From Tubulanus polymorphus (taxonomy: Eukaryota > Animalia > Nemertea): DNA of 64,000 nucleotides. Numbering within the stretch: the stretch's first letter is position 1; each line of letters opens with the position of its first letter. The position numbers and the translations under genes are program-made. A model generated the notes under the pieces. The model was not told the DNA's origin. It did not search any database and was given only the letters and a program-made list of their open reading frames with translations. The stretch lies in assembly GCF_964204645.1 (NCBI RefSeq), contig NC_134033.1, forward strand, positions 640,131-704,130, read 5' to 3'. Positions 27,227 through 38,517 of this stretch are shown in pieces.

Positions 27227-28158
27227 AGCTTCTTTAATCGTCAGTTTGTCTATAAAAACCGAAGGAGCAAATTATATGATAAAACCTTTCGCGGTAGAAA
27301 ACCTTTATAAAACTGAACATTATAAAACAATGAAAAGAATCGATGTTGAACTTACCTTTAGTTGGGATATTTCAATCTATCCCTGGTTCTACCCTAAGCT
27401 TTCAAACTTAGCTGTATGAACTGTTTGGTACATTGTCCAGAGAGGTTTATATAGTAAATATACACATCTTAAATCTTACATAACGAGTCAGTTTTCGTCG
27501 GCAACTTGTCGACTCTTAATTTAGTTCGATGGTTGTTTATTCCGAGGACTGCGAAGAGAATTCCGAAGTCTCTATAGATTTCTCGATAAAACCGACAAAA
27601 ACAGGCTTCTCATATGAAACACCACTTTTCAACACAGGAATTATATTTGAAACAGTTGTTCACGTGGTACAGATGTCTCAGTCAGTTGAATTGAAAACTA
27701 AAAACCTTTTTTCGGATATTTTTTCAGATTCTGGAACATGTAGGAAGTAAAACACAAGTTAGCTTTAACTTGTCTTCAAAATTTGATAAATTGCCGAGAA
27801 ACGTGAGTCTGACGTGACACATCTTCAGAATACATGCAAGACTTGTTCGGGCACTACGAAAATCAGAAAATAGAAATAAGAAGATTGGCAATGAATTATA
27901 GCCTCCTTTTCTTTATATCGTGTACGTAGACGTAGACCATTTCCCGACTATAACCAGTTCTCCGTTTGTGCCACGAAGAACTTCTGTTTTGACGTTTTGA
28001 AAAAATAATGCAATATCCTTTTGACATACCAGAATAGATAATAGAAAGTTGGCACAAACGAATCATAATCAGGGATTATTACTTGATTTATTTCATTTCA
28101 CACGAAAGGAAGACACAAGATTTATTGAAGATTCAAGTTTTTCTTTTCTTTATTAACT

Positions 28159-28694
28159 TTATTTTCCACCACCGAATCCAACATAAGCCGTATCATCAGC
28201 TGGTCCATATTGGTCTGTAACGATGATCGTATCACCGTTTGCCAGATCGATGACATCAGAATTTCCCTTACGATAACGATCAACGATTTTCTCGCCTTCT
28301 AAATCAGCTTCTAAAGTGCCCGGTTTTGGTCGTCCGTAACTTGGTCGTCTGCGTGGACGTCGACGAACTGGTCTGTATCCACCACCAGCACTTACTCCAT
28401 AACCTCCATGGTATATTCCTCTATAAACTCCGTGACCTCTTCCTCTGTATCCTCTACCTCCAACATAACGTCCACTATAACCTCCCAAATGATATTCTCC
28501 TGCATTTATCCCTGGTCCGTTTCCATACTCCTGAGCTTAAAATCGAAACAAAACAGGTAAGAAACACGAAAGCCAAACTGCATGTATATCACGTCATCAT
28601 TAGTGATGATGCTGTTATGTGAAGATTGTGATTTCTGTGTAGACCTACCGAAGGCGACACTGGCCAAAGCAACCACTACCAATATTATATTCAT
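28159..28694 (-). CDS. Family paralogue I (~140 aa, ends YVGFGGGK)
   Basis: Exons 28649-28694 and 28159-28535 (AQEYGNGPG...). Confidence 0.85.
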
Positions 28695-30553
28695 AGCTTC
28701 TTTAATCGTCAGTTTGTCTATAAAAACCGAAATGAGTAAATTATGATACGAACTTTCATGGTAGAAAACATTTATAAAACTGAACTTCGTAAAACGATGA
28801 AAAGAATCAATGTTGAACTCACCTTTAATTGGGATATTTCAATCTATCCCAGGTTCTACCCTAAGCTTTCAAACTTAGCTGCAAAAAATGTTTGTCACAT
28901 TGTCCAGGGAAGTTTATATAGTCAATGTATGGATCTTAAATCTAACGTAACTTGTCAGTTTTAGTTGGTAAATTGTCAACTCTTTATTTAGTACGATGGT
29001 TGTTTATTGCGAGCACTGCGATGGGACTCCTGAAGTCTCTATAGATTCATCCATAAAACTGACAAAAACATGCCTCTCATATGTAACATCAGTTTTTAAA
29101 CATACTTACAGGATATTTTGAACAGCTGTTTGCGTTGTAAGTGTGACTGATTCAGTTGAATTAGAAAATAGAAAATCTTATTTTGGAAAGAATTGAGAGG
29201 GCGTGTAGTAGTAAATAGAAGTCAGACATCTAAGATTGCTTTATATGAAGAATAAAACATGTTTTAAAGGTGTGTAAAACATGGAATTCCGCTGTGTCCA
29301 CATAAAACCATGTCGACGTTCCTTTGACTGATACTGCTATCTCTCATGAAACGTTAAGAATCACAATATCCGTGACAAAGACTCGATGAGTAACAAATCC
29401 CACAATGTGTGAACGAATCTAACAAAGAAATAATTTCTTCCTCTTCTATTTTTTGCCAGTCATTTTAGACTAAAGAAGGGTGGTAGCAACCACTCGAAAT
29501 ATTTCTAATTTTTCAATAAACTTTTTAGATTCGTTTTCACAAATTTTTTTTCTCATGCTATCTTTTCATTCTTCGATGTAGTTCTGTGAACTGCTTCAAA
29601 TACTTCAGATGGAACTTTGAATCGATTAAATCTAGTCACTATGATTCAGATCACCAAGATATGAATGACAAGCGTGTAAATATGCCAAAAATCCACTTCG
29701 TTTCTTGGGCAATTTTTTTAGAACATCACCATTAGAAACAGCATGTAGAATATGTTTCGCCTTCTTTAATCGATGTATTTCCTTTGCTCTGTGGATCTTA
29801 CAAAGACATTAAATAACTATTCAACTGATTAAATCCATGTAACCGAGCAAAACGTCAATCAATTTTATTTCATAACACGAAAAACGGACACAAAAATTTC
29901 ATCATCCATTATCAGATTCTTTATTCGTCAGTCACGATATTCAACATCAGTTACATTAGATTTACTTTTACTTCTGGAATGACGGATTCAAGACTGCAAC
30001 AGATGATAGAGAGAGAATCGTGTTAGTCATTTTGTAATATTCGTCTTGAGTATAGTGAAGGCTGGTCAGAAACATGACATTTCTAAAGATAAAGTTGGGC
30101 TCTAGGTTAAACTATGCAATGGTCGCCATTAAAACTACCTACGACACAGTTACATAGCGGGGCGAGGTTGGACAATAGAAGTCACAAAGGGGCATTTTGA
30201 TGTCCGAAAAAGCGTACTCCCGGACTGAGGGACTAGTTTTGAAGAACTTGTCGAGTCTCAAAAGGACTGATGTCCAAAAAGGCCATGTTAAGCGTACTCC
30301 CGCTTTGAAAGGAACAAACTTCTTTTTTGACAATATGAAAAGGGGCACTCACTGGATCCACCCCTGTGTTTTATCAACAAAAACATCATCAACATGATAT
30401 CCTTGGAAATAAAGTTAGGCCTTAGGTAGATCTATGCAATGATCTCTATCTAAACTAACTATGATACAGTTACATACCATCAATTTATCCACGATGATAA
30501 TACAATTTAGATATATATATAATGATTAATTTACCGTTTATCGAAAATCCAGT

Positions 30554-31746
30554 TTATCCTGTCTCCTGGTCGACATATATCACACCGTCACCGTCATCTT
30601 CCTTATCGTCATCTTCATCAACATCATCATCGTCATCATCACCATCAGATCGCCCCATACCATAATACCCATCCTCTTCATAATAACCGTCCTCTTCATA
30701 ATATACCTCATCGACCTCGTATGTCTCCTGGTCGACGTAAGTCTCCTGGTCGACGTATGCCTCTTCGTCGACGTATGTCTCCTGGTCGACATATGTCTCC
30801 TGGTCGACATAAGCTGGACCATACGCATCTTCTACGACGATTGTATCACCGTTTGCCAGATCGATGACATCAGAATTTCCCTTACGATAACGTTTAATGA
30901 TTTTCTGGCCTTCCAAATCAGCTTCTAAAGTGCCTGGTTTTGGTTTTGGTCGTCCGTAACTTGGTCGTCTGCGTGGACGACGACGAATTGGTCTGTAGCC
31001 ACCACCTCCTCCAACATGGCCACCTCCACCGCCACCTCCATAACCTCCTCCTCCAACATGGCCACCTCCACCGCCGCCTCCATAACCTCCTCCTCCAACA
31101 TGGCCACCTCCACCGCCGCCTCCATAACCTCCTCCTCCTACATGACCACCTCCTCCATGGCCTCCTCCTCCATAACCTCCACCTCCGACATGACCTCCAC
31201 CATGTCCTCCACCACCACCTCCTCCGTAACCTCCACCATGACCTCTGTGCCCTCCGTGGCTTCCATGACCTCCTGCTATTCCAACGTATCCCCCACCTGG
31301 AGCTGGTCGATCATGACCTCCTCCACCACCGCCATAGCCTCCTACATGTCCTCCATGACCATGACCTCCTGAAGGACCTGGGCCATAACCACCTGGTCCT
31401 GACGGGCCTGGGCCATAATCTCCTGGTCCTGGGCCGTATCCACCTGGTCCCGCTGGGCCTGGGCCATGATCTCCTGGTCCTGCTGGGCCTGGACCATAAT
31501 CTCCTGGTCCTGCTGGGCCTGGTCCATAATCTCCTGGTCCTGCTGGACCTGGCCCATAACCACCCGGTCCTGGCCGATGATCAGCTGGTCCTGGCCCATG
31601 ATCAGCTGGTCCATACTGAGCTGAAAGTTGGAGATAGAAATGTATAAGATGCGGTAAATCAAGTAAATCAGTGTAATTAATGATTTCTGCAGAGACTTAC
31701 CGAAGGCGACACTGGCCAACGCAACCACTACCAATATTACATTCAT
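30554..31746 (-). CDS. Family paralogue J, long form (~370 aa): GPGPAGPGDY repeats, Gly/His block, conserved module, YVDQET repeats, acidic tail
   Basis: Exons 31701-31746 and 30554-31620. Manual translation from 31620 to 31081 is stop-free and in frame with the 30554 stop. The ORF track shows only the part after an internal TTG. Confidence 0.88.
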
Positions 31747-32848
31747 AGCTTTTTGGCGTCTTTACAACCTCCTGAACAAAAAACAGACAATAGTAAACAT
31801 TCAGTAGTTACAAAGCAATAGCTTTACTTTTAATGTGGCTTTGTGAAGTAAATGCAAAGAAATTCGTTTAGCTCACCTCGAATTGGGATATTTCAATCTA
31901 TCCCTGGTTCTACCCTAAGTTTTCAAACTTAGCTGCATAAACTGTTTAGCGTATCGTCCAGACTGGTTTATATAGGCGTCCCTTACGTCAGACTCCAGCT
32001 TTCATTTTATGCAAAAGCAATATTTCTGTCGGCTATTTGTCAACTTTGATGGCATTCAGTTTGGTTCAATTGCTACATTTCGTCGAGGACCGCGAAGGGA
32101 ACTCCAAATTCTATACGAATTGCTCAATAAAATCGTTAATAAAATGCGTCTCGTGTCGAGCGTCGTTTCTTACAAATGTTCTATGGACATTTAAAACACT
32201 TGTTGGTTCGTGTTCTAGTGGTACAGGTGTTATATACTGACGAATTAAAAACTGATATAATGGAATCTTTTTAAAGGAATGCATTAAGAGTTTTTTTCGT
32301 ATCGTTACGTAAGTTTTAGCACAATAAATTACCAATTAGTATTACAATCAGTCGGAATGCTATAGAATATTCTAGCCTTTTGCAGAAATACCATCTATCA
32401 ATTGATTGATTCATATTCTATATAATACCAACTGAGACTCCTCCCAAAGACATTACGTACGAATCTGCATCATTGAGATTGAAAGGGCGTCCATCTTCTA
32501 GAATTTCGAGCAAAACATTAAGCAAACGTAAAACTAAACTTTCCATGTAACTGAGCACATCATTATTCAACTTTATTTCAAACAAAATATTCGTGAATTT
32601 CAGATCTATGTCACCAGTTACATTTGGATTTCCCTTTATCTCTCGGCTGTTTTGAGGATGACGGCTGCGGAACTGGAATAAAAAAGAACAAAGAAAAGAA
32701 AGCTGTTAATCATTTCTTTCATCTAAGCTCATCTAGGTAAAGGACAAGAACATATCACATCAGAAAAAAAAAGATTTCGGCAATAGCGCAATGATCTTGT
32801 GAATTCAATGGACTCGAATCAGTGAAATAATCATCTTACCGTCTAAAC

Positions 32849-34280
32849 CTACTCATCGGCATCGGCATCGGCATCTGCATCATCGGCATCTGCAGCATCG
32901 TCAGTAGCGGCATCATCATCGGCATCATCTGCATCAGCATCATCAGCATCATCTTCCACATCAGCGGATCGACCTATACCCGATGTAGTACCGTAAGTTA
33001 CTTCCTCGTAAACCTCTGCTTCGTAGCTTCCTTCATCGTCATAGTCTCCAACATCGGCACGACCCTGAGCTTCACCGTAACTTTCTGCCTCGTAAATCGC
33101 CTCGGCGTAACTCGCTTCCTCGTAACTTTTTTCGTCCACGTAGTCTCCAACATCGGCACGGCCCTGAGCCGCTGCTGCCGCTGCTGCCGCCGCCGCAGCT
33201 GCCTGCTCTTCCTCGTATTCTGCCTTTTCGTAATCTTCTTCGGTATCGTACTCTTCAACATCGGCACGTCCAGCGACCTCTTCAGGGACCTCATAATTAT
33301 CATTGTCATCATCATCACCCTCTCCATAGGCGTCCTTTATGACAACCTTTCCACCGTCATCCAGATCCAGTATTTCATCATCTCCCTTACGGTCCTTTTT
33401 AACTACTTTCTTGCCTTTCAATCCTCTTTTTAATTGAGCTTTACTTGGTCTTGGATGTCCGTGAATTGGTGGTCTGTGAAGAATTGGTCCGTATCCAAAG
33501 CCTCCTCCTCCACCACCGCCTCCATAACCTCCTCCTACGAAATGACCTACACCATGTCCTCCTCCATAACCTTCTCCACCACCTCCTCCATAACCTCCTC
33601 CGCCTCCTCCTCCATAACCTCCTCCACCACCGCCTGCGAAATGACCTACACCATGTCCTCCTCCATAACCTTCTCCACCACCTCCTCCATAACCTCCTCC
33701 GCCTCCTCCTCCATAACCTCCTCCGCCGCCTCCTCCATAACCTCCTCCGTGACTCATATGACCTCCTCCATAACCTTCTCCGCCACCTCCTCCATAACCT
33801 CCTCCATAACCTCCTCCATGATCAAAATGACCTCCTCCATAACCTTCTCCGCCACCTCCTCCATAACCTCCTCCATGATCAAAATGACCTCCACCATGGC
33901 CCATATGGGCATCTGGTCCGTAACCTCCAGCTCCGTGATGGTCCATATGGTCCATATGCCCACCTGGTCCATATCCGCCATCTCCTAAGTGGCCCATGTG
34001 GTCATCTGGTCCGTAACCATGGTCCATATAGCCTCCTGGACCATCTCCTAAATGGCCTCCAGGTCCGTCCATATATCCTCCGCCATGGTCTGGACCTGGG
34101 CCATAAGGACCGTAGTCCATATCAGGACCACCATAACCTTGTGCTGAAAATCAAATAACGAAACGTAAGAAGTTCGTTAACGAAAAACATGTCATGTTAT
34201 TTTGATGATGATTATGATTTCTGCTGATGCTTACCCAAGGCGACACTGGCCAACGCAATTGCTACCAATATTATATTCAT
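32849..34280 (-). CDS. Family paralogue K, divergent long form (~446 aa): His/Met/Gly block, GGGGY repeats, divergent Lys-rich module, poly-Ala, GRADV repeats, (DA)n tail
   Basis: Exons 34235-34280 (MNIILVAIALASVAL) and 32849-34143. Module variant LKGKKVVKKDRKGDDEILDLDDGGKVVIKDAYG. Confidence 0.88.
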
Positions 34281-37051
34281 AGCTTCTTTTGTCGTCAGTT
34301 TGTCTATAAAACAAAAGCAAATAATATTTAAAACCTTTCATGGGTGAATACGTTCATACAACTAATAATTCATGCTGAACATTGTAAAACAATGGGGGGG
34401 GGGGGAATAATGAAGAACTCACCTTCAATTGGGATATTTCAATCTATCCCTGGTTCTACCCTAAGCTTTCAAACTTAGCTGCATAAACTGTTTGGCACAC
34501 TGTCCAGGGCGGTTTATATAGTAATCACTTGCGACAGACCTGCATCTTTTTTAATTCAAGAAGTCATTTTTCTGTCGGGCGTTTGACAACTTTGATGGGA
34601 ATAAATAAGATTTTGATGGTTATTTTTTTCGAGGGCTGCCAAGGAATTTCAAAGTCTGTCTCGATGTTTTGATGAAAGCGAATTGTATACTTTCCCCTTA
34701 ACGTGTGCCTCATTACGAGCATCCTATTTTTTTCTTATTTTCCCTTTGTCGGTACATATAACACACTTGCGGCTGTGTTTGTTCAAAGTACCATGCTGGC
34801 GACCAGGTGTTTTATACTGTTTAGACATTTAAAAAAACAAACATGTATCTACCACTTTCTTGCAATTGTGAAATTATTATTTGAAAGGTACCATGAACTT
34901 ATCATCCAATCATCTTTAGCAACTCGTGGCTTTTGTTGTTTTAATGGTCACATTTGAATAAATCTCTATCTAAAATACATGTTGTTTATAACGCCACATT
35001 TGGTTGTAATGGAAACGTATAAGGATTGTTGCATACGACGATGAGTTTTCGATAGTGTGCGCAAAATGGCAGGACTTCGTGAAGTGCATCAGAACGTTTC
35101 CAAATGTGTACACGAAAATAACGAAGACACTGAACTGACCAGGTACATGATGCTTAATGTATCTGAACAATGAAATAGTTTTGGACCGCCGTCATTTACA
35201 AACGGTTTCATCCTAAAATGCAGTTCTTCAGTTTATCCACAACTTTTTTTATATACGTCATGTAGTTTTGTTTCAAGGAAAATTTTACAATTAGTTATTT
35301 TGCTAAGGTCAAAGTTGACATTAATAGCAAAGTTCCACCACTCCCGGCAACCGCCAAGTAAAAGCTTAGTCCTAGATTACGTAATGCTTTTATCTTCCGA
35401 TTTCCCACCAAATTCCGCAATCCACCTCACAATTTTCTGAACAAATCTCATAATAATAGTTCATTTTCATTCCATTGTCCGCCGTCAAATATATTTAAAA
35501 TATGTAGTTACGAAGAACAAATTTACTTATTAGTCTGGGAGCAATCCAATCGAGTGGGAAATGATTGTTAGAGCAAGACACCTTCAAGTATTAGAAAAAT
35601 CTTTGACCCAAATTTTCGACTGTTGTCCTGTTGCTATAACGACGGTTTTCTCGGCAACAATTGGTAACTCTGATACTCAGCCTATGAAATCGGTCCCAGG
35701 ACTACCAGGTACTTACTCTAATCAGAGTATAATTGATGATAATAAAACAGACATGTCACAGAAGGCAAACAAATACAACGGCTCACGTGAACAGCTTAAT
35801 AATAGAGGAAATATGTTTCGAGGTAATGTCTGACGTTTTGAGTTAATGTCTGGTGTATTGAAGGAAAATGAAAATTTCTAATTCACTCATCCGTGACCCA
35901 TGATTATCCGCCTTAATTGCGGAGGTCCTGATATTGCGGCACATAAACCACGGGAGTTGACAGTTTTGTATGACAGGACATTAAAGCTCAGATAAAAAGT
36001 GCGTGTATTCATGACACGTGTTGTTGTTCGGAATGTTACTGGTTACAGCTGGTTTATATTGCTGTCGAACACGTCACGCATTAGTCACGTCCCAGTCACG
36101 TGTTATGGCTGTAGATAAAAACCGATGAACAGTGAGTATGTTCGGAGAAACTTTGTCAAGTGGTCAGCGGTTAAGGTTTTTGTTCGTAAGCGATATGCCA
36201 TTTATTTTAACATTGTTTTTCCTCTATGGCTCAATGTCAGATTGAGTTGCTGAAATGGTGTTGGGCATCATATTGCGCTAGAGACGAGGAAGACATCAAT
36301 GAGTAGAACGTTACAGCTTCGTGTTACAGCTAACCTCATTATACGGCAAAATCTCGTTGAAGGTGATATTTGGGCGTTTAGGTATCATGCTAAAATACAT
36401 TTCATCTGAAGAATACGTTTGATTATAATCGGCGTGTCGTAGTAATAGATGTTGGGTTACATGTAGAAGCGGCTGGTGAACTAGGGACGCGCGGATCTGT
36501 AGACACGATGCAACTTCTGCACCATCGACCTAGTACACGCTGGTCTTATTCTGTAAACCCCAATTTCAGCTCATTGCAACTTTTGTAGATTCCTCCGCAC
36601 AACACTTTCCATCGCGCCACAAACATAGTAAGCCGCGCAATTAATGGGTTTCTGGTGGTACATTTTTATGCAGGAATACAACGATTTTCTCCCTTTACTC
36701 AAGTGTGACAAGAAGACCTAAACAAAACGTATGACGTCACCGAGCAACTAATGCGTTTACTTTTATTTCATAAAAAAGAATGAGGACACAGATTCGATAT
36801 CGACATCCGGCATTAGTTACGTTGCCTCTTTCAATTTCGTCTTTGAAATTTCCTTTGGTGAGGTAGTAGTTGAAATGATGTACCGCGAAGCTACAAAAAA
36901 ATAAGAACAGAATACAATATAATTTATTCGAGAAACTAGAATCTGATTATAGAACTAGAAGGATAGCCTTTAACAATGCAAATATGAGTAATATCATTAG
37001 TAAATGGAAATTGGAAAAATGACTTTCGGTATATATAAAAGATGGATGGGT

Positions 37052-37171
37052 TGGTTGCTCAAAAGTTAGCAGAAGTTAACTTTGCTAACTTCACCAATTC
37101 ATCCACTACATACCAGTAGACATATTACTAATTAAAATGAGGTAAACTTGAAACTGACTTTTCAGCAACTG
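37052..37171. mobile_element. MITE-like element (gttgctcaaaagtt TIR family) in the 3'-UTR intron of paralogue L
   Basis: ggttgctcaaaagttag ... ctgacttttcagcaactg. Related to 42530-42643. Confidence 0.5.
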
Positions 37172-37269
37172 CAACCGCGGGTCTTTCCATGTCTTGCGAT
37201 TAAAGAAATGAGAATTTTGATTTTTATTCGTGCGTCAAATTATGGATAACAAGTATAACACCTTACCAT

Positions 37270-38517
37270 TTATTCATACTCATCATCGTCATCTTCCTCA
37301 TCGTCGTATGAATCTTCCTCGACGACTGTAACTGTTTCTCCGTCATCGGAACGTCCGCCATAATAGCTTTCCTCCATTCCGTAAGACTCTTCATCGTCGT
37401 AATAGGTCTCCTCGTCGACATAGTCCTCGTAATCTTCGTAATCCTCATAATCTTCTCGATCTTCGTAATCCTCATAATCCTCATAATCTTCATGATCTTC
37501 GTAATCTTCATGATCTTCGTAATCTTCATAATCTTCGTAATCCTCATAATCTTCATGATCTTCGTAATCCTCATAATCCTCATAATCTTCGTAATCCTCG
37601 TCATAACTATCAGCTGGACCATACGCATCTTCTACAATGATCGTGTCACCGTTTGCCAGATCGATGACATCAGAATTTCCCTTACGATAACGATCAACGA
37701 TTTTCTCGCCTTCTAAATCAGCTTCTAAAGTGCCTGGTTTTGGTTTTGGTCGTCCGTAACTTGGTCGTCTGCGTGGACGACGACGAATTGGTCTGTAGCC
37801 ACCACCTCCTCCAACATTGCCTCCTCCACCACCTCCTCCAGCATGGCCTCCTCCATAACCTCCACCTCCTACATGACCACCTCCATGTCCTCCATGACCT
37901 CTTGGTACACCAACATATCCTCCAACTGGACCGGGGCCTTGGGGACCTGGGCCATAAGGTCCAGGACCTGCTGGGCCTGGGCCATAACCTCCTGGACCAC
38001 CTGGTCCAACTGGACCTGGGCCATAATCACCTGGTCCAACTGGACCTGGGCCATAATCACCTGGTCCTACGGGACCTGGTCCATAATCACCTGGTCCTGG
38101 GCCGTATCCTCCTGGACCACTTGGCCCTGCTGGGCCTGGGCCATAACCACCTGGACCACCTGGTCCTACTGGGCCTGGTCCATAATCACCTGGTCCTGGA
38201 CCAATAGGACCTGGTCCATAAGGTCCAGGTCCACTTGGACCTGGACCATAATCACCTGGGCCAGGGCCAATGGGACCTGGACCGTATCCTCCTGGACCAC
38301 CGATAGGTCCATGGCCACCGGGACCTGGACCATATTCAGCGGGGCCTGGGCCCATGGCCATAGGACCTGGTCCTGGTCCATACTGAGCTGAAAGTTAGAG
38401 AAAGATATGTTGATTAAGATGCGTTGAACCAAGATTAATCAGTGTCCTTAATGATTTCTGCAGAGACTTACCGAAGGCGACACCGGCCAACGCAACTACG
38501 ACCAATAATATATTCAT
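37270..38517 (-). CDS. Family paralogue L, long form (~387 aa): silk-like GPGxY repeats, conserved module, (EDY)n acidic tail
   Basis: Exons 38472-38517 (MNILLVVVALAGVAF) and 37270-38387. Confidence 0.88.

Noticed and set aside
37740-38387. Collagen annotation for the Gly/Pro-rich proteins
   Set aside because: Gly is not at every third residue. The repeats are GPGxx/GPGP type.
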